From assembly GCA_963825865.1 (NCBI GenBank), contig CAWGVG010000062.1:32001-96000 (forward strand): a stretch of 64,000 nt of DNA, in the 5' to 3' direction. Under the pieces are notes generated by a model. That model was not told where the DNA came from, did not search any database, and was given only the letters and a program-made list of their open reading frames with translations. Numbering within the stretch: the stretch's first letter is position 1; every line of letters starts with the position of its first letter. Position numbers and translations under genes: made by a program. The DNA comes from an uncultured Nitrososphaeraceae archaeon (lineage in GTDB: Archaea > Thermoproteota > Nitrososphaeria > Nitrososphaerales > Nitrososphaeraceae). Of the stretch, positions 11,864 to 21,700 are shown in pieces.

Positions 11864-13018
11864 TCACTTGTCATCGTCCTCATGATCATCAATTTCTGAT
11901 TGAATAAATGTGTGTTCCTCTCTATATACATGAGTCTGATTAGCTGCAGTTGGGCCTGATTTTACATGACTTTGTTGTTCATCGGATGGTGTTAGCAATG
12001 GCAATGATGAGGGTAATGATGATTTGCTGAAAGTGAAATCAGTAATAACTTTGTTCATACTACCTTTTACTAGTTTATAGAAAAGCTTTTCAGCTTCACT
12101 TATTATGATAGCTGCATTGGCTTCAGTATCATAATCTGGTGATGAGTTTTGTTGCTGTTGCTGTCCGTACATATAATTCTGGCCGTTGCTGCTATAACCT
12201 ATTATCGAAGGAGACATGTTATAAAAAAATGACCTATATCTTTCTGGATTATTTCTTATTGATTCAGTTATAGACAAAATGGCACACCTTAGGAACATTT
12301 TTACATTTGATAAACCACCAAGCATCTCTTCAACATTTGTTATGATTTTGAGGTATTCTTCATTACTGTCCTGAAAGTCATTTACAAGTGCTTCTAGTTT
12401 CATCTTTTTCTGGTGAAGCTCAGCCATTTGTCTTTTTTCTTCTTCACAGGACAAACGATAGGAGTCACGTGTATTTCTTAATTCTGATATCTGGTCACTT
12501 AATTCCTGAAATATTATAGCTGAATTTCTTTTATCGCCTTCTAGGGAATGTACTTCTCTTTTGAGCTTTTCATATCGCTGTTCCACTGCTGGTAGATGAT
12601 TATTAGAAACTCTAAGAATTCTAATGACCTGCTGCGCATTCATACCTGCAGCCTTAGCCAACTTGTATAAGTTTAGAAAAGAGCCAATATCGCATTTAAT
12701 TTCTTCATAAATCTGACTGAGATCATGAAGATGGCATAGGTTCCAATATTCCTTGTATAACTCAGTTACTTGATCATCTCTTAGGTTTAATGCAATGGCC
12801 ACTTCTAGTGGGGATTTACCTGCTAAAAACAATTTGTAAGCCTGTGACGATACAGAGATGGATTCCTCGGATTCTTTCTCTTTAACTACCTTATCCAAAA
12901 TAGTTTTAATGTCACGAGGGCAAATTCTTGCCTCTTCAGCTATTTGACGATAAGTCTTACCTTGACTGTATAGTTCTAAAACAAGCTTTTCTTTTTCCTG
13001 TCTAGTTAATGTCATCAT
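11864..13018 (-). CDS. Tandem-HTH plus coiled-coil protein, full-length copy A
   Basis: HTH1 GKTYRQIAEEARICPRDI, HTH2 GKSPLEVAIALNLRDDQV, a long E/K/Q-rich heptad region and a low-complexity C-terminus. Paralogous 5' end at 22618-22869. Confidence 0.8.
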   Translation of the reverse strand: MMTLTRQEKEKLVLELYSQGKTYRQIAEEARICPRDIKTILDKVVKEKESEESISVSSQAYKLFLAGKSPLEVAIALNLRDDQVTELYKEYWNLCHLHDLSQIYEEIKCDIGSFLNLYKLAKAAGMNAQQVIRILRVSNNHLPAVEQRYEKLKREVHSLEGDKRNSAIIFQELSDQISELRNTRDSYRLSCEEEKRQMAELHQKKMKLEALVNDFQDSNEEYLKIITNVEEMLGGLSNVKMFLRCAILSITESIRNNPERYRSFFYNMSPSIIGYSSNGQNYMYGQQQQQNSSPDYDTEANAAIIISEAEKLFYKLVKGSMNKVITDFTFSKSSLPSSLPLLTPSDEQQSHVKSGPTAANQTHVYREEHTFIQSEIDDHEDDDK

Positions 13019-13173
13019 AATGCTCTTTATTTTATATGAATACAGAATAAAAAGAAACTAAAGCTTGCTATCATCTGTTATCTATCTGTTATCATTGCTA
13101 TCGTTTTGTTATCTCTGATATCATCTGTTAGCATCTGTTATCATGAAATTTTAATTTGAACTCAATATGCTAG
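12975..13173. repeat. 199-bp direct repeat, copy A (identical by eye to 22826-23024)
   Basis: Base-by-base comparison from tctaaaacaagc to aatatgctag. The flanks are homologous but diverged. Confidence 0.9.
13069..13144. repeat. Array of about eight 9-11-bp degenerate direct repeats (consensus TATCATCTGT) upstream of the HTH-coiled-coil gene
   Basis: TATCATCTGT|TATCTATCTGT|TATCATTGC|TATCGTTTTGT|TATCTCTGA|TATCATCTGT|TAGCATCTGT|TATCAT. Confidence 0.85.
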
Positions 13174-13252
13174 CGATGTGTGCTGATCAGGTGGATTAGT
13201 TTTCATTGATTGTATATTTAGTGCCTGTGTGTAGTATAATTTGTTTACAGCA

Positions 13253-13284
13253 TGTGACCAGTCACACGGTCACACGTTGAAAGT
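13253..13284. promoter_or_regulatory. TGTGAC / GTCACA / GTCACA inverted-plus-direct motif cluster, copy A (putative iteron-like site)
   Basis: tgtgaccagtcacacggtcacacgttgaaagt, conserved in copy B at 23106-23137 despite diverged flanks. Confidence 0.5.
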
Positions 13285-13511
13285 GTTTTGCCCTATAGAG
13301 AGGCATATATCTAAAGCTAGCAACAACCCTCTAGCCAATCGCATCCTAATATTTTCAAATAGTATTGCATGTCGAAGCCCCCCCATGCTTATCATCTTCT
13401 ACTGCTAGCGTTTCATTTTCGTTTCTATTTTTAGGTAGTAGTATTCTAAAGATACTACTTCTAGAAGAATATAGGAGCTAACTAAATAACCTCAGGGTAA
13501 GTAAATCGACA

Positions 13512-13661
13512 TTGTATTTGGAACTGGAATTTCTTAACTGCAAACACACTGCTTTCCGAGAAACTGATACTGATGATATACAATTAGGAGATATCTATTA
13601 CTGTAAAGAGTGCAAACGCTTAGGACAGGTTGCAACAATATTGAGAATGTCAAGTAGTTAG
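13512..13661 (+). CDS. Small zinc-ribbon-like protein (49 aa, below the ORF-track cutoff)
   Basis: TTG start; YLELEFLNCKHTAFRETDTDDIQLGDIYYCKECKRLGQVATILRMSSS* with a CxH...CxxC pattern. Confidence 0.4.
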   Translation: MYLELEFLNCKHTAFRETDTDDIQLGDIYYCKECKRLGQVATILRMSSS

Positions 13662-13936
13662 CGAATCGTTTTCCAGTGAATAGCAACGTCACATCACATG
13701 ACTTTGGCTTGCTGCTTGGGAGTGACGCATATTATATTAGTCTATAAATTCTTTGACATCTGTGTTATCTAAATTTATTACAAATGCTGCTGTGGTATAT
13801 CATGTCATAAATTTCTCTGATTCGCATACTGATAATGATGTTAGTAGCAGTAATGTTACTTATCACAAGTTAACAAAAAGAGAAGGGGATGCATATAGAG
13901 ATGGTTTGTCTCATGTTAAAAGAATAAACTGTTGGC

Positions 13937-14470
13937 ATGATATGGCCGCCTTCCTTCCTAGAAAGCCATATTCGTATCTTTCCCGAAGGACAGTTTTGTG
14001 CAGAATTAGAAGATGACATAGTTGCATCTGCAAGTAGTCTAATAGTTTCACTAAAACCTGAATATAAGAATCATACATGGCATGAGATAACTGGATATGG
14101 GATGTTCACAAACCACAATCCTAAAGGAGATAGTCTTTATGGTGCAGATATTTCCACCCATCCACAAGTCCGACGTCAAGGTATTGCTACAATGCTTTAT
14201 AACGCAAGAAAGGATTTGGCGGTCAAATTGAATTTACGAAGAATAGTATCGGGAGGAAGGCTGTATTACTATTACAAATATGCAGAAAAGATATCAGCAC
14301 TTGCCTATGCAAAGAAAGTAATAGCAGGAGAGATTAACGATCCTGTGCTTTCTTTTCAATTAAAAAATGGATTCAGATTTATTAAAATACTTGCTGATTA
14401 CCTTTATGATACTCGTTCATTGAACTATGCGAGTTTCTTAGAATGGCTAAATCCAAAATATCAGGAATAG
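13937..14470 (+). CDS. GNAT-family N-acetyltransferase (N-terminus apparently missing)
   Basis: FPEGQFCAE, LYGADISTHPQVRRQGIATMLY acetyl-CoA motif A, and DPVLSFQLKNGF. Confidence 0.85.
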   Translation: MIWPPSFLESHIRIFPEGQFCAELEDDIVASASSLIVSLKPEYKNHTWHEITGYGMFTNHNPKGDSLYGADISTHPQVRRQGIATMLYNARKDLAVKLNLRRIVSGGRLYYYYKYAEKISALAYAKKVIAGEINDPVLSFQLKNGFRFIKILADYLYDTRSLNYASFLEWLNPKYQE

Positions 14471-14488
14471 TATTAATGTATAATACCA

Positions 14489-14690
14489 TTGATTATAGAT
14501 TGTCATGTTCATCTTATCCAGTATGAATATCCAAAAATAACCTTTCTCTACAAGAAAGACTAAAGGCACTACTTGATGTCATGGCAGCTAACAACATTAA
14601 TTTATCTATTATATTATCATCTTACAAGGTCGATATGCATAGACCTTCTACAGCTCAAATTCTAGAACTTACAAAAAAGCATGAAAGGTG
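14489..14690 (+). pseudogene. N-terminal fragment of an amidohydrolase-family protein
   Basis: IIDCHVH metal-binding motif, then LLDVMAANNINLSIILSSYKVD; truncated. Confidence 0.6.
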
Positions 14691-14822
14691 TCAAGCTTTA
14701 CTGTGGGTATGAGTATTACTATTGATATTCTCTAGTTGCTTACATATTATGTTCAAACAAGCAAAATGATAAAGCTAAGTATTCTCATAGTATTAAGAAT
14801 AAACCGAAGAAGAAGAAAAAGA

Positions 14823-15101
14823 TTAGCGTCTTCTAGCAGTTATAGTATGTGTTTGCTCTACATACCATCTAACCTTATCTTTAAAGCTTGACCACCAATC
14901 CAAAAATGAATCACTGCTGTCTGCCTCAAATAACAAAAATCCATTGTATTCTATTCCCCACGCGTGGTCATATTCGCCCACAAGCTCTATGCCCGATGGT
15001 AAGCTATTTTTTAGCTCATGCCATTCTGTGTTTGCTTTCTGAGCATCATCATTACTCATTGTCTTGAATCGGTAAAAGACTAGGAATGTAGTTGCTACCA
15101 T
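14823..15101 (-). CDS. Small dimeric alpha/beta-barrel-like hypothetical protein (GYD/chlorite-dismutase-like fold suspected)
   Basis: 92-aa ferredoxin-like pattern: GIELVGEYDHAWGIEYNGFLLFEAD. Confidence 0.6.
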   Translation of the reverse strand: MVATTFLVFYRFKTMSNDDAQKANTEWHELKNSLPSGIELVGEYDHAWGIEYNGFLLFEADSSDSFLDWWSSFKDKVRWYVEQTHTITARRR

Positions 15102-15393
15102 GCTTTATAACATATAATTGAATTCATCATATTTATAGACCACAGAAATAATGTTTCAAAGCGATTGTTAGTGACCTAACACTTAACAGTCACGCCTTTT
15201 CATTAACAAAAATATTTCGCGTGCCATTATCGCCTTATCCTTGACCGTATCGTTCAGTTCTGGCTTTAAAGGAATTGATAGATTCTTGAAATTCTTTAAT
15301 CTCATGCTCGCTTGGTTCAGTATCAAGCCTGCTATGGATAGTTGACATAATACAGATATGATAACGGCACACTAAAATCTGCAACTTTCTACT

Positions 15394-15573
15394 TTACCCA
15401 ATCCCTATTGGTGGTCTTTTAGATTCGCTGTGTTCTAATAGATTATGATAACTCAATATATACAGGCTATCAAATATCTTACTGCAGACATTACATTTCC
15501 ATTTATTTTTAGCGACTGGCTCTTCAATATCAGAAGAACTAGTGTTTAGTTGTCCTTCTGCAGCTGAGGGCAT
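15394..15573 (-). CDS. Small C2H2 zinc-finger protein (59 aa, below the ORF-track cutoff)
   Basis: MPSAAEGQLNTSSSDIEEPVAKNKWKCNVCSKIFDSLYILSYHNLLEHSESKRPPIGIG*, a classic Cx2Cx3Fx5Lx2Hx4H finger. Confidence 0.7.
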   Translation of the reverse strand: MPSAAEGQLNTSSSDIEEPVAKNKWKCNVCSKIFDSLYILSYHNLLEHSESKRPPIGIG

Positions 15574-15712
15574 TGATCATCATTGTTATTATTATTATAA
15601 TATATGTAGTTAAAGTTTTTAAGTCCAACTTGTAAAGTGTGTTTCACGACTAACCTAAGAGCAAATTTATCTTCATTTATATTAATAATAATTCACAATA
15701 ATAATCAAGCAT

Positions 15713-16552
15713 ATGGCATTGTTATGCTCTAAGCTATCTTCTTTTGATCCAAAGGTTAGTTACAGATCACGTACATTAGATGAATTAAACTCTCTATGCA
15801 ATGTGCTCAATGGTTCCAAGTCCAAATTAAGCAATAGTCTTCAGTATTATCTACAAAAGTATAAGCAACTATTGGATATATCGAGGCTATGCAGAGCCCT
15901 GGCTGTTCCTGGAGAACTTGCTGAGCAGTTTGTAGAGGCTAATAAAACAAAACAGTATACAGACGGGCTCGAAATAGTAACACATTCAACAAATCAAATT
16001 GCTGATATTCTTCAAAAATATTTTTTTTATCTGCACAATGACAATGGCAAAAATAATAACAATAATAATCAGATTATTGCATCAGATCTGAATAATAACC
16101 GAAAAGAAGCAATCTATACTGATATAAACGAATTAGCCACATATTCAAAAATGTACTACGATATAGAAACCATAAAATCAGATCCCCTGATATCAGATGA
16201 ATATCCTTACGGCAACCCCTTTGATCATATTATAGATATAATGAAGCATGGCGCAATAATTGTTAGGTTCAAATATGTTTCAAATAATAAATCTCTTCGT
16301 CCTGAAGAAAAAGTAGTAAGTTACCACGTCATGAATTTTAAAGGAAAAGATGTGCTTGGTGTACATGTCCAAGGTGATGAAAAGTTTAGTATGTACAAAC
16401 AATGGGGGCATGGCGACGAAAGACTTGTACCAATTTATCCAGAATATGAAAATATGATAATAAGGTGGGGAAGAGAAGAAGTAGTGGAAGCTGTAATGAA
16501 AGGTAACAAGAGAAATAATGATGACGATGGTAATAATGAATTCCTTTACTAA
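15713..16552 (+). CDS. Hypothetical protein (279 aa)
   Basis: Intact long ORF with an AT-rich promoter region; no family recognised. Confidence 0.7.
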   Translation: MALLCSKLSSFDPKVSYRSRTLDELNSLCNVLNGSKSKLSNSLQYYLQKYKQLLDISRLCRALAVPGELAEQFVEANKTKQYTDGLEIVTHSTNQIADILQKYFFYLHNDNGKNNNNNNQIIASDLNNNRKEAIYTDINELATYSKMYYDIETIKSDPLISDEYPYGNPFDHIIDIMKHGAIIVRFKYVSNNKSLRPEEKVVSYHVMNFKGKDVLGVHVQGDEKFSMYKQWGHGDERLVPIYPEYENMIIRWGREEVVEAVMKGNKRNNDDDGNNEFLY

Positions 16553-16556
16553 ATCG

Positions 16557-16667
16557 TTGAATAATAATTATTTATCTTCTAAATCAGTAACTTATGTCTC
16601 TGTAGATATAGAATGTTCAGGATCTATTCCTGTAGAGTATAGTATGTTAAGTTTAGGAGAAAAGTAG
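16557..16667 (+). pseudogene. N-terminal fragment of a DEDD 3'-5' exonuclease
   Basis: TTG start 4 nt after the previous stop; YVSVDIECSGSIPVEYSMLSLG matches the ExoI motif (DxE.GP.P..YSMLS.G type). Confidence 0.6.
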
Positions 16668-16739
16668 AGAATCTCGCTCCGCTAATTGTAGCGGATTATG
16701 GTTTATATATCACTAGTATTCTCAATCTGTAATCTCTAT

Positions 16740-16841
16740 CTATTTATTAGTAGTGTTCTTCCTTTTCTGGAGGTGCTGGATCTGGGAATTCCACGCGTCA
16801 TCCAGCGTCTTCATCAATTGCATGTTTTCTTCAACGCTCAT
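16740..16841 (-). pseudogene. N-terminal fragment of a SnoaL-like ester cyclase
   Basis: MSVEENMQLMKTLDDAWNSQ followed by unrelated sequence. Confidence 0.5.
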
Positions 16842-17018
16842 TTGACCGGCATACAGACCGCTAAAAGAAAAGGATATCTCTGCTCTCCAGATTTTGACTA
16901 ACTAAACTAACTAAACTAGGGCATAGATTATTTGCTGCTGCAGATATTGCTAATGAGATACATGCACCGAAGCGAATTAACATGATACTAAAAAATTGGT
17001 TGGCTTCTTTTTACACTA

Positions 17019-17980
17019 CTACTCTGACCTAATCAGAAACTGTATGTGATCTGGATCAGAAACCAACAACAGTTGATTCTCGCTTGCCTGTTTAGAATTA
17101 GAAGATAGAGCTGTGTTGTTGTATACGTGAAGCAAGTGTCTTAACAAATGACCTGTCTGGAATTATTATTGTAAAATATTCTAATCCTGCCTCTCCACTC
17201 ATGTGAGCTTCTCCGTTCAAACTATGCCACGTATTCATGCCAATGTGATGATGGTACCCGCCTGCAGAAAGAAATGCGAGCACCAATCGAGCTCCAATCC
17301 ACTGTTATATCCAGACCAATCTTCTCATGGTAAAACTTGATTGACCTTTCAAGGTTTGTAACCCTGAGGTGTATGTGCCCTATCCTGGCTCCAGTAGGGA
17401 ATGCCTTTGCATTATTTCTTTCCTCCTTATCATAGTTTATTTCAGCCAGTAAAGAGTTCAGATCCAATGCAAGTGTGTCCATCATGATGTGTCCTTCAGT
17501 GTCTCTATGCCATTCATTGGCCGGTCTGTCACGGTAAATTTCAATACCGTTATCTTCGGGATCCCTAAGGTATAGGGATTCACTAACAAGGTGGTCGGCA
17601 AACCCGTCGTATTGTATTCCTGAGTTTTTAACTGCTAAGTATGTAGAGGCAAGGCTCTTTCTATCAGGAACAAGTATGGCAAAGTGAAAGAGACCTGCTG
17701 AATGTAGTGAAGGCTTTTTTGCATTTGGATCGTGTTTTAGAATGAGAAGCGGCTTGTAAGAGGAGGAAGAAGAATGGATGTTGTGTTTGAAAACAATTTC
17801 ATAGATCGGATTAACATCATCATCATCATAGTAATCGCCGCCATGGCTATTAGCTTTATAACTTCTATTGACTTGTAGTCCAAGGCTGTTTTCATAGAAT
17901 GCCATAGCTGTGTCAATATTTCTGACTCTTAATACTGGAGGTCCAATCCTCATGTTGTCGGGTATCTTATATATAGCCAT
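17019..17980 (-). CDS. VOC/glyoxalase-family protein, CatE-like catechol 2,3-dioxygenase (frameshifted)
   Basis: GLFHFAILVPDR, ADHLVSESLYLRDPEDNGIEIYRDRP, IGHIHLRV and FLSAGGYHHHIGMNTW. Confidence 0.88.
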
Positions 17981-18080
17981 TAGTGATGATACCGTTCTTC
18001 TTTTGGGATTTATTATTCATAAGACTATGGATGGTCTAGACCACTAAAGTTGACAGTGGAAAGATAGATTCTTTGCTTAT

Positions 18081-18153
18081 TGATGTTATAATAGTGTTAT
18101 CGTTATAATGATGTTATAATAGTGTTATCGTTATAATGATGTTATAATAGTGT
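18081..18153. repeat. Tandem repeat, 28-bp unit x ~2.6 (TGATGTTATAATAGTGTTATCGTTATAA)
   Basis: Exact copies at 18081-18108 and 18109-18136, plus a partial third copy. Confidence 0.9.
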
Positions 18154-18392
18154 CAAAAAGTGTTTTTTGATTGTTGTTGCCACACATTTTGAGTTCCTGT
18201 CATAAAAGCGGGATAGAAAAACGAGTTTGTCATTTAGTTAGTAGTAATACACTACAGGTAGTATTTTGTTGTGCAATCAATTAAGTATGCATTTAAACAT
18301 TCTACTAGACTCGTTGAAACTAAGGATGAAGGTAATAACTGGTAATAAATTGGTTGGTAGATTAAACAACAAAATTTCAGCTAAGGAGGTCG

Positions 18393-18830
18393 TTAATAAG
18401 AATGGCATTCTACTTTATGCAATTTTAATTCTTTATGATTTGGAAACAGTGTCAGACATTTTTCGCATTTCCATCTATGATTTGTCCTTGCTCTTTGTTC
18501 ATCATATATAGTAAGGTAACTATGTTGTCCACTCTGGTGTTCGTTTGATACTCGCGTAGGTTCTATAGTATTAAACACATTACTTGTTTGCAACTGGTTA
18601 AGTTGATTGTATACTTGTAAGAAATGCATACCCTTCTCTGTAATTGTATAAAGCCGATCTTCTTTCTGATAATCTATTAAACCTTTTTCCAATAGAGATG
18701 ATAAGAATAGTTTTAACTGTGCATAGGTTAGATATGCTTTATACATTATTATCGTTTGGGTTGCTCTATTAGTATTGACTACAGCTTCTAGAATCAAAGC
18801 AGCTATTTCTTCTTTAGTTCTATGTTTCAA
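18393..18830 (-). CDS. Winged-helix transcriptional regulator (ArnR1/HTH_45-like) fused to a C-terminal C2H2 zinc finger
   Basis: RTKEEIAALILE...TIIMYKAYLTYAQLK...YTITEKG and CEKCLTLFPNHKELKLHKVECH. Confidence 0.8.
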   Translation of the reverse strand: MKHRTKEEIAALILEAVVNTNRATQTIIMYKAYLTYAQLKLFLSSLLEKGLIDYQKEDRLYTITEKGMHFLQVYNQLNQLQTSNVFNTIEPTRVSNEHQSGQHSYLTIYDEQRARTNHRWKCEKCLTLFPNHKELKLHKVECHSY

Positions 18831-19134
18831 ATCATTATACCTCTAAATTAATATACTATAATTAGTAGAAAGAATATACCGCTTAATAATATTAACTGAT
18901 ATACTGTGTTTATTTGCAACAAACATGCATTAAAACAAATTCCAATTCCCAACGATGGTTTACAAATTTTGACTATGGTTTAAAACGGAGGGGTATTTCG
19001 TAGATTATTAAAAACTTAGGAGAACATACATACGGTGCCTTGCCAGTGAACTTGATAGTCTCATTCCCTACGCAATTATTGGATAGGCAATTAAAGATTT
19101 ATATACCATTGATTAGTATACTAATCATTAGTAT

Positions 19135-19702
19135 ATGTCGATACAAAGGTATGATTTTGGAAATAGCATAGGGTATATAATTAATCGGACGGCTAAGGCA
19201 TTTGTTAAGGCTCTTGATTCTCAATTGAGGGAAAAAGTAGGTGTAACTGTTGGTCAATGGAAGGTACTGGTGATGTTAGTTGATCAAAATGGTCTTACTC
19301 AAAAACAAATAGCTGACAGATTGGGATTGGAGGGAGCTACACTTATTCCCATTATAGATAAGATGGAAAAAGATAAGTTAGTAGTAAGGAAGGTTGACCC
19401 AGATGATAGGCGAAATAATAAGATCTATCGGTACAGAAATGGCTGATGCTCTATGGGATAAAATGATACAATGTACATCGAATATAAAGGAGATATCTCT
19501 AAAGGGCATACCAGATGAAAAAGTCAAGATAATGAAAGATGTACTAGAGAATATTTGGCAAAACCTTAGACTTCATTTTGACGTTGATTGTACTAGTGTT
19601 AAAAATAACCAGAATGTGGCATCACCTGTTACGACTGTAAAAAAAAGATTCTCAAAAGACGTGAGTGATAAAAATGGTAACCACCAAAGAAAAAGATACT
19701 AA
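19135..19702 (+). CDS. MarR-family regulator (frameshift near 19430)
   Basis: GVTVGQWKVL...LTQKQIADRLG...IIDKMEKDKLVVRKVDPDDRR. Confidence 0.9.
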
Positions 19703-21272
19703 TCATCATAACAAATTAACCTCCGGGCCATCTACTTCTCCTGTAAAGATTTCGTCCTATGCATGGAAGGTACTTGCTGTATTAAGCCTTGTAGCTACTA
19801 TGGTGATGTACGCAGAAACAATGCTTATTCCAGCTATCCCTGATCTTATCAAAGACTTTAGAACATCATATAGTATGTCTTCATGGATTCTTACAGCATA
19901 CCTTGTCTCCGGTGCGGTAATGACTCCAATAGCTGGTAAGCTATCTGATATCTATGGTAAAAAAAAGATTTTGCTTATCATAATGGCAATCTATGCGATA
20001 GGAGTTTCTGCTGCAGGTTTTGCTAATAACATATACTTTATGCTAGTTGCTAGAGCAATCCAAGGAATAGGGATATCGATGTTTCCTATTGCTTTTAGTA
20101 TTATCAGAGATCAATTCCCCAGAGAAAAGATATCGATCGGTCAAGGAGTAATTACTTCGATGTTTGCATCAGGCGCTGTGATAGGGTTATCGGTTGGAGG
20201 AACTATAATTCAGCATTTTGGATGGCAAGCCACATTCTTCACAATAATACCCATCTCAATCTCACTCTTGATAGTGATCTGGCGGTTTATAAATGTCAAC
20301 CAAAATGAAAATGTAGAGCAGCAGCCATTACATCTACAACTACTGGTGGAGAATAAAAAATCCAGTATCGTAAATCTGAATAGCAGAAATAACGATAACA
20401 ACTATAACACTAAAACGTCTGGTAATACAACCATAGATGTAAAAGGTGCATTAACTCTAGCTGCCACTATAACCTCATTTCTGCTTGTACTTACATTTCT
20501 AGAGACAGGCAGCGATAATTCTTCAACTCAGCTTGCTATTGGGTTTCTTGCAATAGCAGTTGTTTCACTTTCGTTATTCATAATGATGGAAAGAAGAGCG
20601 GCCTCACCATTAATTGATTTTAAGATGATGTTAGACAAGACACTACTTCCAGCAAATATTCTGATAATGATTATTGGGCTATCAATGTTTATGGTTTTTC
20701 AAACTATACCCATATTAGTAAGAAGCCCTGTTCCAATTGGTTTTGGAGAAAGCGCTACTAATACTGGAAATGTTCAGTTACCATTTGCTCTAGTACTTCT
20801 AGTATTTGGTCCAACCTCGGGCTTCATAATATCAAAATTGGGATCATTAAGGCCAATAATGATTGGTACCATAATAAGTGGTGCAGGATTCATTGGTCTT
20901 TTAATGCTACATCAAACAGAAATTGAAATATCCGTGAACCTTGCAATTCTATCAGCTGGATTATCATTGACTAGTGTAGGAGCAATGAATGTAATAATAC
21001 TCTCTACACCAAGACAATTTAGCGGAATCTCGCTTGGTATCAGTAGCCTTATGAGAATCGTAGGAGCTTCAATAGGTCCTGCAGTAGCAGGAATGTATAT
21101 GCAGTCTAACCAATCCATATTGATAATAGGAGGAATAACACGTTTGTTTCCATCCATAGAGTCATACAACCTCATATTCCTAACTGCTGCGATGGTATCT
21201 ATTGTGGGCATAGTAGTGGCAATACTACTGCGACAGAGAGTTAGAAAAATAGCCATACCAAATGTTGTCTAG
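19665..21272 (+). CDS. MFS transporter (DHA2/EmrB-like, about 14 TM)
   Basis: GKLSDIYGKKK motif A, ARAIQGIG and many hydrophobic helices; in an operon with the marR gene. Confidence 0.92.
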   Translation: MIKMVTTKEKDTNHHNKLTSGPSTSPVKISSYAWKVLAVLSLVATMVMYAETMLIPAIPDLIKDFRTSYSMSSWILTAYLVSGAVMTPIAGKLSDIYGKKKILLIIMAIYAIGVSAAGFANNIYFMLVARAIQGIGISMFPIAFSIIRDQFPREKISIGQGVITSMFASGAVIGLSVGGTIIQHFGWQATFFTIIPISISLLIVIWRFINVNQNENVEQQPLHLQLLVENKKSSIVNLNSRNNDNNYNTKTSGNTTIDVKGALTLAATITSFLLVLTFLETGSDNSSTQLAIGFLAIAVVSLSLFIMMERRAASPLIDFKMMLDKTLLPANILIMIIGLSMFMVFQTIPILVRSPVPIGFGESATNTGNVQLPFALVLLVFGPTSGFIISKLGSLRPIMIGTIISGAGFIGLLMLHQTEIEISVNLAILSAGLSLTSVGAMNVIILSTPRQFSGISLGISSLMRIVGASIGPAVAGMYMQSNQSILIIGGITRLFPSIESYNLIFLTAAMVSIVGIVVAILLRQRVRKIAIPNVV

Positions 21273-21424
21273 TTGAGTACTATACTATGGGTCGACGCAT
21301 GATAAATCGCGCGTGCTATTGGCCATATCTTTCTGCTAATATTAAAGACATCATTTTCTTTACCCCTCTACCATACATTAATACACTCAATGGCATAGCA
21401 ACTCATAATGTAAAAAACACTATC

Positions 21425-21700
21425 TCAGGTCCAAACTTTGCCATCCAATCCAATGACGAAAAGGCTTGTTCCACCAGGTACTGTACTTATAGCAGTTAAT
21501 GCTGATGATTGTGGAAATACATTATCTCCTATATTATGCCATGGTACCCAGTCAGGATTCTGTTGTCGTGGAATCAAAGAATGTGCTGAGGACATTGCCA
21601 TGCAAATCAATTGCAAAAAGGCTTATTCCACCGGGTCCTGTACCTAAAGATTTGACAAGTGATCGTGGCCAGCCTAAATGCATCAAATATATCATTGTAT
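21425..21700 (-). pseudogene. Fragment of a beta-propeller lectin-like repeat protein
   Basis: Two similar blades across frameshifts: GPGGISLFAIDLHGNV and WVPWHNIGDNVFPQSSALTAISTVPGGTSLFVIGLDGKVW. Confidence 0.5.

Noticed and set aside
13069-13144. Repeat arrays (also 18081-18153 and 22920-22995) as CRISPR or guide-RNA arrays
   Set aside because: The units are contiguous with no unique spacers, and no cas-like or other guide-associated gene is recognisable.
16040-16100. Poly-Asn/Ser/Gln tracts in several ORFs
   Set aside because: Low-complexity linkers occur throughout this AT-rich sequence and show no specific signal.
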